The notes under the pieces: generated by a model
Database searches by the model: none
Told to the model about the DNA's origin: nothing
The model's input: only the letters and a program-made list of their open reading frames with translations
NCBI RefSeq assembly: GCF_963921235.1
Contig: NC_086108.1
Coordinates: 79,486,001-79,550,000, forward strand
DNA length: 64,000 bases
Direction: 5' to 3'
Origin: Mobula hypostoma
Taxonomy: Eukaryota
Made by a program: the position numbers and the translations under genes
In this document: piece by piece, positions 52,746 to 64,000 of the stretch
Layout of the letters: each line of letters starts with the position of its first letter
Position numbering within the stretch: the stretch's first letter is position 1

Positions 52746-53044
52746 CAGCCTCCTGGCCGACACCATCTGCAGCACTGACCTCAGTCCCCCTCATCTCCAG
52801 GCCTAGACCTTTTTTCACTGGCACTGGGTCTCTTCCTCCACCACTACTCTCCACTCACCCCAGTCTCTCAGGCTCCCCTCATTCGCCCTTTCTTCCTCTG
52901 AGCCCCCATCTTCCTCCCAGCCCTTTTTCCCCGGGCACCCCAACCCTGCACTCTCCTCTGACCCATCCAACCTTCTACCCTCCCCTGACCCCAGCTGCAA
53001 CCCCTGTTGTGTCTTCAATATTCCCTCCAAACTTCCCGTCTTTA

Positions 53045-53325
53045 TTTTATTTTGAGATACAACGTGGAACAGGCCTTCCCAACCCAAAGAGCCGCACCAC
53101 CCAGTAATCCATCTACTTAACCCTAGCCTAATCACAGGACCATTTACAATGACCAATTATCCTACCAACCATTGCACCTTTGGTTTATGAGAGGAAACTG
53201 GAGGAAACCTACACAAGCACGAGAAGGATGTATGAACTTCTTAGAGAGGACGCCAGAATTGAATTCTGAACACCATCCCAAGCTGTAATGGTGTCACACT
53301 AACCGCGATGCTACTGTGGTGCCCT
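53045..53325 (-). mobile_element. V-SINE copy
   Basis: aaccctagcctaatcacaggaccatttacaatgaccaatta...gaggaaactggaggaaacc; same family as the host SINE at 60455-61430. Confidence 0.7.
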
Positions 53326-53339
53326 TTCTAAGGCAAAAT

Positions 53340-53975
53340 GTTCTATCCTCAACGAAGTGCCGTTGTCCCTCAGAGCCCACACCTCAATGAGTTCCACGCC
53401 CATGATGAATCCAAGCTCTTCTTCCATCGCCTCCGTCTTCAAGCTTACTTCTTTGACAAGGACTTCCTGCCCCCCACTTCCCACTGACGACCCCTTCTTC
53501 CATCTTCAACCCTCCTCCTCTTCTTGGACACCTTGTCCTGACCTTCTGCACACTCTAGATCATCTCTAACTGATGATGGGACATCAAATATCTCTACCCT
53601 GCTACTCCATGCTCATCACCTTTCTCTGGTTCCCCTCGTTTCCTTTCTTCCATGCCTCACTCTCCTCTCCTAATAACTTATTTTTTCTTCAGCCCATTAC
53701 CTCTTCCACCTATCTTCTCCCAACTTCTTGCTTCACTACTTACCCCCTTCACCAGGTCTCACCTGTCACCTGCCAGTTCGTGCTCCTCCGCTTCTTTCAC
53801 CTTCTTAATTTGGCTTCTGCTCCCTTCCTTTCTAGTCCTGAGGAAGAGTCTCAACCTAAAACATTGCCTGTTTATTCCCCTCCATAGATGTTGTCTGACT
53901 TGCTGAGTTCCTCCAGCATTTTGTGTGTGTTGTTCAAGACTTCCAGCATCTGCAGAATCTCTTGTGTCTATTAAA
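53340..53975 (+). mobile_element. Internally deleted PLE fragment with 3' UTR and degenerate hammerhead
   Basis: Pyrimidine-rich UTR, tagtcctgaggaagagtctcaacctaaaaca, and ccagcatctgcagaatctcttgtgt terminus. Confidence 0.65.
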
Positions 53976-55261
53976 CAGGAAAGTCAGTTTACTCAGGAAA
54001 CAGCCTAATTAAAGAACATATGGAGAAAATAAACAGGAATAGACCATATGGCCCTTCGAGAATGCTCTGCTATTCAATAACATCATGGCTGATCTGATCT
54101 TGGCCATGCTCCACTTCCCTGCCTGTTCCCCATATTGTAAACTCTTGTGAGTATAGGTTCATTCTGCCTAATCTCTTTGTTTAGGACAATACCCCCATAC
54201 TAGGAATCAATCTGCTGTACTTCTGTTGCACTCTCTATAAAAATTAAGTTTTTGAATAGGAAGACCAGAACTAGATTCTGCATTACAAATAGTCTCATCT
54301 AAGTTATATTTGATTGCAGAATAACATCTTTACTCTTGTACTCATATCCTCTTGTAAAATGTTCATTTGCTTTCCAATTTAATTGCCATCCTCCATAAAA
54401 CAAAAATCTTTCTTTCACAACCTTGGATATATTTAATTACCTCTGTCTCAATTGCTTTATAGAGAATCCAAAGACTCACAATCCTCTGAAAGAAGAAATT
54501 CCTCTTCATCTTCATCTTAAATGGTCAATCCCTTGCTTTGGATCAATAATTCCCAGTTTCAGATATTGCCACAGTGGGAAATGCTGTCACAGCATCTACA
54601 TTGTCAGGAATATCATCTCTTAAGCTTCCATCTATGTTGTGTTCAGGCCTGACTTCCCTAATTGTTTTTCTGAAGACAGCCATCTGAGGAATCGACCAGT
54701 GTATGACCTTCAATGCAAATATGTCTACCTTTATATCAGGAGACTAAAACCCTGGTGCTTGAACATAGTGCCTTTGGCTTATATTTCTCTTTTCTCCCAC
54801 TTGCTGTATAAACTGCTACGTAATGTTCTGCATTTCTATTATTCCTATCGAGTTGAATAATTTTACATCTTCCCACAATATACACCCTGTGTCAAGCTTT
54901 TTTTTAAATTGCACTTAACTGTGTCAGTGTAGCAAACTTCTCTCAATAAATGCAGTATAATTTCTCCAGAAAATCTGTCGTGAACGGGGATAAATATGTA
55001 TAAATTATGTCTATGCATATGCTTGAGCTCTTGAAGCAATGGGTTACCATGTTTGATTCACAGTGAAGTTATCTAATTATCTCCACAGTACTGGACAATA
55101 TTTTTGTTCTTTAATACTGTACCTCCAATATGTTAGGGAGCTGAAAATGAAGCTTGTGATCAACAGGTGGAACAATGTGGTACCTTAATTCCCCATTTTG
55201 CTTCTGGACATCATTTGCCTGTTCTGTGCTGTGCCGAACATGTAGGTACTTTAGAAATTAC

Positions 55262-55592
55262 CCTAGGGTTACCCATAGCCCTCTATTTTTCTAAGCTCCA
55301 TGTACCTATCCAGAAGTCTCTTAAAAGGAGGATCATATCCGCCTCCACCACTGTCACTGGCAGACCACTCCACGCACTCACCACTCTCTGCGTATAAAAA
55401 AAACCCAAACTTACCCCTGACATCTCCTCTGTACCTACCTCCAAGCACCTTAAAACTGTACCCTTTCACGTTAGCCATTTCAGCCCTAGGAAAAAGCCTC
55501 TGACTATCCACACGATCAATGCCTCTCATCATCTTATACACCTCTATCAGGTCACCTCTCGTCCTCCGCCGCTCCAAGGAGAGAAGGCGGAG
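55262..55592 (-). mobile_element. CR1 LINE 3' end
   Basis: ORF SLERRRTRGDLIEVYKMMRGIDRVDSQRLFPR. Confidence 0.85.
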
Positions 55593-55811
55593 TGAGTGTG
55601 AATTCTCCCTTGCTACTCTGTCATCTTTATCTCGCCAAGTAACCCTAAAATGTAACTCCAGATTCCCTCCTCCTTGTGGCAAACCAAAGGAACTGTCACA
55701 CTTAAGAGACATAAAAAGCTGGAGTCAATTACAGATGACCCAGAAGGGAGGTGAAAGAAATTAACTCAGCATCCCTCCCCTTTCTGCTATCTATCCCCCA
55801 TGTGTTCCTAA

Positions 55812-55960
55812 GATGGGAGGGGGCAGAAATTACCAGAAGTTAGAGAAATTGATGTTCATACCATTAGGTTGGAGGCTACCCAGACAGAATATGAGATGTT
55901 GCTCTTCCAGGCTGAGAGTGGCCTCATTGTGGCAGCAGGGGAATGGGAATGGGGATTGCA
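55812..55960 (-). mobile_element. PLE endonuclease C-terminal fragment
   Basis: ggttggaggctacccagacagaatatgagatgttgctc is the rc of EQHL.F.LGSLQP. Confidence 0.65.
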
Positions 55961-55984
55961 CCAGGAAATCCAGGGTAGATTACC

Positions 55985-56335
55985 AAGTCATAATCAGAAT
56001 CAGATTTATTAACATAGACTTGTTTGACATGGAATTTGTTGTTTTGCAAAGACTTAAAATTAATTCAAACTACGAAGTAAATACATAATGCCAAACAAAA
56101 AGGAATTGTGAGGTAGTGTTCATGTGTTCATGGACCATTCAGAAATCTGCTGGCAGAAAGGGAAGAAGCTGCTCTTAAGGCATTGAGTGTGGGTTTTAAG
56201 GCTCCTGTAGCCCCTCCCCAATGGTAATATTAAGGAAAAGGTATACTGTATTCAGGATGGTAAAGGTCCGTAGTGAAGAATGTTGCCTTCTCGAGGCACC
56301 ACCCGTGGAAAATGTCCATGATCACGGGGAGGTCC
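55985..56335 (-). mobile_element. Rex1/Babar-like LINE 3' end
   Basis: aatcagaatcagatttatta tail and gaagaagctgctctt, homologous to 45450-45800. Confidence 0.65.
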
Positions 56336-56354
56336 AAGGAATAATGCTGAATGG

Positions 56355-56745
56355 TACATAGAACATAGAGATCTACACCACATTACAGGCCCTTTGGCCC
56401 ACAATGTTGTGCCGACCTTGTAACCTACTCTGGAGACTGCCTAGAATTTCCCTATCGCATAGCCCTCTATTTTTCTAAGCTCCATGTACCTATCTAGGAG
56501 GCTCTTAAAAGACCCTATTTTATCGGCCTCTATCACGCTATCATGTTAGCCATTTCAGCCCTGGAAAAAAAGCCTCCAGCTAACCACACGATCAATGCCT
56601 CTCATCATCTTATATACCTCTATCAGGTCACCTCTCATCCTCCGTTGCTCCAAGGAGAAAGGGTCAAGTTCACTCAATCTATTCTCATAAAGCATGCTCT
56701 CCAATCCAGGCAACATCCTTGCGAATCTCCTCTGCACTCTCTCTA
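56355..56745 (-). mobile_element. CR1 LINE 3' part
   Basis: ORF LERVQRRFARMLPGL...FSLEQRRMRGDLIEVYKMMRG; tail acatagaacataga. Confidence 0.85.
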
Positions 56746-58200
56746 GAGTGTATATAGTCGATATTCCAAAAGTCAGAACTGGAAATAAGCAAATGCACAA
56801 ATGATGATTTCAGCAGATGAATTATATCTGCAATTTTTTTTAACTATCCCAGATCCTATAAAATCATTTAAACTAATTATATTTAATTATATTTGTATAA
56901 TTACATATCTAATTATATTTAATTGGATTTAATTTAATTATATGTAACACATTTATTGGAATTCTTTGAGGATACAGGTAAAGGGAGTGTGTATTAAACA
57001 AAAGCAGAAAATGGTCGAGGGTAATCAGCAGGCAGGCAGTGTTTGTAGAGATGAAAATAGAGTTAATCTTTCAGGCTGCTTAGCCTGGGTGCTGTTGAGC
57101 TTCTGAAGTGCTGTTGAAGGTGCACTCATCCAGGCAAGTAGAGTTTATTCTGTCACATCCCTGACTCGAAGCTTGTCGATGGTGTTCAGGCGTTGGGGAG
57201 TTAGGTGGTGAGTGACTCACTGCAGGACTCCTAGCCTTTGACCTGTTCTTGCAGTCACACTGTGTATATTGCTTCTCCAGTTGGTTTCTGGTCAGAGGTA
57301 GCCCCCAGAATATTGATAGTGGAGGAGCTCAGTGATGGTAATGCCAGGGAGTGATAGCTGAATTTCTCTTGTCGCCTGGCACTTGTATAATGTGAGTTGT
57401 CACCTATTAGCCCAGGCCTGGATATTGTCCTGGTCTTGTTGGTTTGGATGTGGTCTGCTTCATTATCTTAGAAGTCATGAATCATTTTGAAAATTGTGCA
57501 ATTATCAGCGAACTTCCTTACTTCTGACCTTACCGTTGTCAAAAGGTCATCATTGGAGTAGGAAGCTCCTGCAGAGATGTTCTGTAGCTGAGATGATTGA
57601 ACTCTCACCACCACAGCCATCTTCCTTTGTGCCAGATATGATTCCAATCAAAGGAGGGCTTTCCCCTTGATTTCCATTGGTTCCCCTTTAGCCAGGGCTC
57701 CTTAATGCCTCTCATGTTTCCTTGATATCAAGGGCAGTTATTCACACTTCATCGCTGAGGTTCGGTTCTTTTGTCCGTGTTTGGATGAAGGCTATAATGA
57801 GATCAGGCTGAACTTCAGTGAGTAGGTTGTTGCTAAACTGGTGTTATTTAATGGCAACACTGATAATCCCTTCTATCACCTTGGTAATTGAGAATAGACT
57901 ACTGAAGTGGTAATTGGCAAGGTTGGATTTGTCCCTCTGTGGACCGGTTATGCCTGGGTAAATTTCTACATTATTGGGTAGATACCAGTGTTGTATTGGG
58001 ACGACTTGGCCAAGGGTGCAACAAATTCTGGAGCACAAGTCTTCAGGACAGTGATACAGGGTCCATAGTCTTTGCTGTAGCCAATGCTTTTAAACAATTA
58101 ATACAATAGCATTTTCAAGATATAGTAGGTAGAGATTCAACAGTACTCTACCAATACATCAAGAATAGGTGGGAAGATTCTCTCTTGTTGGAGATGGTCA

Positions 58201-58345
58201 TTGCCTGGTATTTTTTGGAAGAGGTACAGTCGACGTTTCAGGCCGAGACCCTTCGTCAGGATTGACTGCGTGTGTTCACCAGCAACTTTGATGTGTGTTG
58301 CTTGAGTTTCCAGCATCTGCAGAATTCCTGTTGCCTGGTATTTTT
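58201..58345. mobile_element. Short PLE terminal insertion with inverted hammerhead segment and 15-bp TSD
   Basis: TTGCCTGGTATTTTT at 58201-15 and 58331-45; minus-strand hammerhead at 58227-58264, then a plus-strand PLE end. Confidence 0.8.
58227..58264 (-). ncRNA. Minimal type I hammerhead ribozyme motif
   Basis: rc reads caatc CTGACGA a GGG tctcgg CCT GAAAC GTC gactg; intact core, GUC triplet, one stem I mismatch. Confidence 0.7.
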
Positions 58346-60454
58346 GTTGCTTAAATTTTATTTGCCACTTACCAGTTCATGTTTAGGTCCAGCTGAACGC
58401 AGGTGTGGGTAGATTCATTTTTGGAAGAAGTATAGATGGGTTTGAACAATGTGCAATCCTTAGCACATTGCTCACTGCTTATCTCGGTTTGGAAAGAAGA
58501 ACATCGAAGCATCTGAGGATCAAAGGATATCAGGCACCATCTTTAGAAACTCCTGCAGCAATATCCTGCAGACGTGGTGCACTTTAAATGTCAAAAGTCA
58601 TTCAAGAAGGTGCAATGTAAAAGATTGAAAATGACTGATGAGTGGATGTGCTTTTCTTTCATTGAGTACCAGTTATTCATGGATTTTTATCAGGGTTTAG
58701 TTTTGATAGCAACTGACCACTTTAAGGTATTGTTGCATGGCCAATAGGCTCTTCACTAGCTACATTTCCTGCTTAATGACTTTGACAGACAGAGAGTGAA
58801 TTGTGGGAAACCCTTCGTGATCCAGGCTACTGTAAGGACATTCCCAACTTGTGGACTGCTTGGAAAGGTCTTCTGCCCAGCCAGTCCCTTACTGATAGTG
58901 CAACCGCAAAATAATAAATTAAACCTTAACAAGGAACAGTACATTGGTACTCTCATCATAAGCTTCTGCATGTTATTAAAATGAGTGTACAAATTGATAT
59001 GAAAATTTTAAAAATGCGTATATTGCTACATTAGGCAGGATAACAGCAATGATTCCTGCAAAAGATGCGTGTTACTATGTTGGCTGCATAATTACACTAC
59101 TGCTCATTTTGAGGGGAAGTGAACATAGCAGCCTTGGATTCCATAATGAAATTATCTTGGGTTAGAGAGGAAGCACTGGCGCATATACTTACTGCCAAAT
59201 TTCTCAATTTCTGCCCAAGTGAGTTTGGCTAGCAGTCCCTACAACAATAGAGATACAGCAGCATTGTGATCACATTACACGATAATTAATCCAGACTCTG
59301 GAATAGAGGTAGAACATGAGCTCTGGTTCCTTTGCAGCAGCTGGGGAAAACACAGTTAATCAATGAATTAATTAATTCAGGAATTAAAAGGCTGTTATCA
59401 CTAATGAAAACCATGAAACTATTGGATAGCTATAAAGAAATCTGGTTCTTTAGGGCAGAAAGCTGTTGCCTTTAGCTGTCTTGTACCATATTTTAATGTG
59501 ACTTCAGACTGGGCAGTAAGTCTGCACCAGCGCACACATTACTGAAAAGACTACCTTAGTACTCTGAAAATTGCCTCTCACAAATTATTAAAGTGTAATT
59601 ACAAATTAATGTGCAGAGTTCAAAAACTGCCTTTTGAGATTGCCTGACAAACCACTCTGTTATATCAATATTCACCATGTAGGCTGCAGTTTCAAGAAAG
59701 CCGCTTACCACAGCCACCTCAGTGGTGCTAAACATGATAAATCTTCAGACTGAGAAATTGAATAGCAACATTGATCATGAACAGAACGTTGTAATGTCAC
59801 TTTCTCCTTGATAGGTGACCAGTTTGATTTTATTTAAAAGAAGCCACTGCTATTTGTCTGGATGGATACTTGCTAGGTGGCCCATCTTGCACTAAGATGT
59901 GTTTGTTCAATTTAAGCCGTTGTTGTACCCTGAAGACTGATTTCAAATTGGGTTATAGTGTCAAAGATTCGAAGCGTGTTTAATATCAATGTATGTATGC
60001 ACAGCACAACTCTGAGATTTGTCCTCCTGTAGGCAATCACAAAACAAAGAAACACCACGGAACTCGTTCAAGAAAACATCAAACACCCAGCGCACGAAAG
60101 AAAGGAACAAATTACGCAATCAGCAGAAAGCAAGCGAACACTGTATAGTTTATAAAACATCAAAGCAGTAGTATTTAGTTCAACTCTGCGCCGCTCACCA
60201 ATGCAGGCCGCAGAGCCATTCCTCGCCAAAGGAAAAGTCCAGAAACAGAAAGAGGAGAAGTAATTAGAATATGCATAAGATTTTTGAAAAATGGGGAAAG
60301 TACTTGTATAACCCAGTCACCATAGTATCAAATTACTTGTAAATTCATCCCTGATGTAGCCGAGCAGCTTTTTAGTCTGCATTTTCTGTATATCTGATTG
60401 CGTGTATCTACAATGTGTATGGTTAAAAATAGTAATATGTACAAAATGATTTAT

Positions 60455-61430
60455 TTTATTTAGCGATATCACACTGAATAGGCCCTTCTCGCCCTCTGAG
60501 CTTTACCACCCAGCAACTCCTGACAACCCTGATCTAACCTCCCGGGAGGGGGGAGAAGATGGCGGCGTGACGGCAGCGCGCGCGGCCACTTCGGTGATGA
60601 TATCTGTTATCTGTCAAGTAGGGGACCTTGCACAATTCTGATTTGCTGGAAATAGACGTGAGAGCACGGAGGAACATCTGGAAAATTTCTGAAATGCCCG
60701 CTTTGCTGCCACTGTGTGGTAACCGGAATCTCCGGAGCTGAAGGCCTCGAAATCCTCGGCTTTGTGTGTTTCAGTGGCCGGAGAGAGGTCGGAGGCGCTC
60801 GGCAGAGGATGGCGCTCGGGAGGCTGTATTGGAGAGGCTGGTTGGGAGCTCGAAGTTTTTCGGACAGATGGTCTCAGTGTCGGCTGTGGCTGGCTGCTTC
60901 CAAGGTATTGGCAAGTTGACGGTGCCTGGAGGTTTATGGCAGGGAGCTTCTCCCTTTCGCCGCCTGCTATCGGGGACTTGGGAGTCGATCGACTTGGGAC
61001 TTTGAGACTTTTTTTTTTACTGTGCCCATGGTCTGTTCTTCATCACATTATGGTATTGTTTTGCACTGCTGTAACTATATGTTATAATTATGTGGTTCTG
61101 TCAGTGTTAGTCTTTGGTCTGTCCTGTTTTCTGTGATATCACTCTGGAGAAACATTGTATCATTTCTTAATGCATGTTTGCATTTCTAAATGACAATAAA
61201 AGAGGACTGAGTGTTCTCATAATCTAACCCTAACCTAATCACTGGACACTTCACAACGACCAATTAACCTACCCGGTGTGTCTTTGGACCAGAGAAAACA
61301 CATGCATTCCATGGGGAGAGTGTACGGAGACTCCCTACAGAGGACGCCAAAATTGAACTCTGAACTCCGATGGCCCGAGATGTAATAGCGTTGCGCAAAC
61401 TGCTACGCTACCTCCTGTGGCACCCCAAGT
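60455..61430 (-). mobile_element. V-SINE split by a retroposon insertion
   Basis: aataggcccttc...ccacccagcaa...gatctaacc | insertion | atctaaccctaacctaatcac...caattaacctacc...aattgaactc. Confidence 0.7.
60544..61227 (+). mobile_element. Non-autonomous retroposon (AAGATGGCGG head, AATCT tail), copy 3
   Basis: Full-length homolog of 11198-11892; ATCTAACC at 60532-39 and 61222-29. Confidence 0.85.
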
Positions 61431-61499
61431 AGATGGTTGCACCTGTTAAAGGTCACCACAAGCCCCAGGACAGCACTACAGAAACTCCTCATTGAGGTC

Positions 61500-62350
61500 C
61501 TGCCATTTTCCTTCCACAGTAAGGTCTTATGAAGGGATATTCACCGATGACTACGTGATGTTCAGTTCCATTTCCATCTTCTCAACAGATCAAGCAGTAG
61601 GTGCAAGAAGACCAAGACATTTGGGCTTGGACTCATAAGTGCTAAATAACATTTATACTATAGAAATACCAGGCATTGAGTGAATCAACCTATGTACCAT
61701 TGACATTCAATTGCATTATAGCCCCCATCATCAGTATCCAGGAGATCATCATTGACCGGACTCTCAACAAGTCTGGCCTCGTACTGTGGCTAAAGGAGCA
61801 GATAAGAAGATACTTCTCCAGTGGCAAATGATTCATCTCCTGACACCACAAAGCCGTTCCACCACTGACAAGGCACAGGTTAAGAGCATGATGGCTGCTC
61901 TCTGCCTGCCTGCTTTTCAGCTCATGTCTGAATGTCTAGTGCCAGCAATTCTCCAGAAACTCAGTAACCTCCAAAACATCTGATTGGCACCTTATCAAGC
62001 CTCCTGAATCGCCGCCTTCACCACTGGTGCACATGGCTGCAATGTATACTGCCTACGAATTTGTACTGCCATTCTCTGCTCAGGGTATTTGACAGTTCCT
62101 CAAACCCACAACTTCTACCATGAGAAAGGATAAGAGTAACAGTCACATGGAATCACCATCACCCACAGGTCCCCTCCAATTTGCACACCATCCTGACTTG
62201 GAAATATATCACTGGTCACTGGAACTGAATCCTGGAGCGGTCTGAGTTTACCAGCAGATCTACAGTGCTTTTATGAAATGGCTCACAACCACCTTAGTGA
62301 TAATCTTTGAATGTCGGTCCTGCTGGCAGTACACAGGTCGTAAAAGAATA
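61500..62350 (+). mobile_element. Old CR1/L2-group LINE 3' part
   Basis: tcacaccatcctgacttggaaatatatc-like segment, homologous in the opposite orientation to 6057-7105. Confidence 0.6.
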
Positions 62351-62964
62351 AAAGGATGATCTTGGTAACAAATCTTTTCAGATCTGATTTCTAGGATCTT
62401 CCCTGGGAGTTTTGCTTTCCTCAGCAGTATTTATAGCCCTTCAATTAGTTAAAAATGGTAGCTCCCTGAGAAAAAAAATACCTCTATAATAAAATTGTAC
62501 TTTATATGGTGACTTATGAAAAGAATCTTTATTTTTGAGTTGCAGTTATTTTAGACCCTTTTCATACTGTCGGTGCTGATACTGATTTTAATTCACCTGC
62601 TAACAGTGACTGTGTTGAACATGCTAAACACTTGACCGTAAGTGGACTGCAACTCAAGAGTGCTGGCCCTATCTGTTTTTTGCTTGACACCTAGAGGAGT
62701 CCAGTTTGCTTCAGAAGTCAGTGTTACATTCAGGAATAGAAACTCGGTCTATTTTCTTACTGTTCCTTAGCACAGAGGTCAGTTGTGTTGTTATTCCCTC
62801 CTCTCCCTCTATACCACACCTCCGTAAAGAAAGCCCAAAACAAGGCTGGTTTATGGTCATGTGCACAAGTGCAGTGAGGTACCGACACGATGAAGGCTTG
62901 CTTGCAGTAGCATCACAGTCACATAGATACAAATGCTGCACAGAACATAATTATACCATACATA

Positions 62965-63195
62965 TCAGCACACACTAAATGCTGGAGGTGAGCAGGTGAG
63001 GCAGCACTTGAATAAATAGTCAGCGTTTCAGGCCAAGACCCTTCTTCAGAACTGGAAAGGAAGGAGGAAGAGGCCAGAACAAAAAAGGTAGGGGGAGGGG
63101 AAGAAGGATCGCTGGAAGGTGATGGGTGAAGCCAGGTTGAGTGGGAAAGGTAAAGAGCTGGAGAAGAAGGAATATGATAGGAGAGGGGAGTGGGT
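62965..63195 (-). mobile_element. PLE 3' UTR with hammerhead mutated at the cleavage triplet
   Basis: rc reads cagttCTGAAGAagggtcttggcctGAAACgctgact (GCT instead of NUH). Confidence 0.7.
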
Positions 63196-63483
63196 ACATG
63201 TATACCATACCATATGCCATCCATGTACCTGCCTGTTTGACCCAAGTTATCGGTCACCTCTCTGAATTAATGTGTTTCAATCTCAAATCTTACCTAACAC
63301 TGCTCTGAAGTGCTTTAAGGTATTGATATACAGTGTTTTTACAGGGATGTAACTATCACTTCATCCAAAACTTTTAAACATTGATCCTTGTAGGAGCTTC
63401 ATAGTGCTGTTAAGGTATTTCATGACATATAAAGTGCATTCTGAACTGGTAGTCTCTTGTTGTTTACCTACTTCCTATCTTGA

Positions 63484-63696
<213 letters not shown>

Positions 63697-63744
63697 TGAC
63701 TGAAGAGAAGAGTGGTAAGGGATGCTCTGACAATGTCTTTAAAG

Positions 63745-64000
63745 CACGGTAGCATAGCAAATAAGCATGATGCTTCACAGCGCGAGTTATTACTGCCGCT
63801 GTCTGTAAGGAGTTTCTATGTTCCCGTGGCTGCATGGGTATCTTCCAGGTGTTCCGGTTTTCTCCCACATTTCAAAGACGTGCGGGTTAGAGTTAGTGAG
63901 TTGTGGGCGTGCTTTGTCAGTGCTGGAAGCATGGCAACACTTGCAGAGTGCCCAGCACAACCTTCGCTGATTTGATTTGACGCAAACGATGCATTTCCCT
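63745..64000 (+). mobile_element. V-SINE copy running off the window end
   Basis: ttccaggtgttccggttttctcccacatttcaaagacgtgcgggttag; homolog of 30052-30330. Confidence 0.7.

Larger units (their letters stand above)
57080..58520 (-). mobile_element. CR1/L2-group LINE remnants, same family as 6057-7105
   Basis: Shares ctcatccaggcaagt and cagcgaac...acttctgacc; ORF DKSNLANY..SL.S...KVIEGII. Confidence 0.65.

Noticed and set aside
56870..56945. AT-rich taattatatt repeats
   Set aside because: Low-complexity slippage sequence.

Overview
Eukaryotic, AT-rich, repeat-dense genomic DNA. The repeat families point to a cartilaginous fish, probably a ray or skate (inference). Two coding exons of a ZSWIM4/5/6-family gene, best matching ZSWIM5, lie on the + strand: 32825-33181 (SWIM zinc finger) and 63488-63636. 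They have canonical AG/GT ends and compatible phases; the rest of the window appears to be two very large introns. The introns contain a decayed two-LTR Gypsy element with nested insertions, a solo LTR, CR1/L2-group and Rex1/Babar LINE pieces, V-SINEs, Tigger-like and hAT-like DNA elements, and many Penelope-like element (PLE) fragments. Most notable: (1) about ten PLE-borne minimal hammerhead ribozyme motifs, three with an intact core and two of those in the sense of the host pre-mRNA on either side of the SWIM exon; (2) short TSD-flanked PLE insertions with internal inversions; (3) a composite hAT-like MITE with a 6-bp TSD that carries a zinc-finger transposase first exon; (4) a CpG-rich non-autonomous retroposon family whose (AATCT)n tail resembles its target sites; (5) an unassigned fold-back element. 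Almost all other listed ORFs are spurious or TE remnants. Family names come from recalled motifs, not database searches, and TE boundaries are approximate unless a TSD or TIR is quoted.
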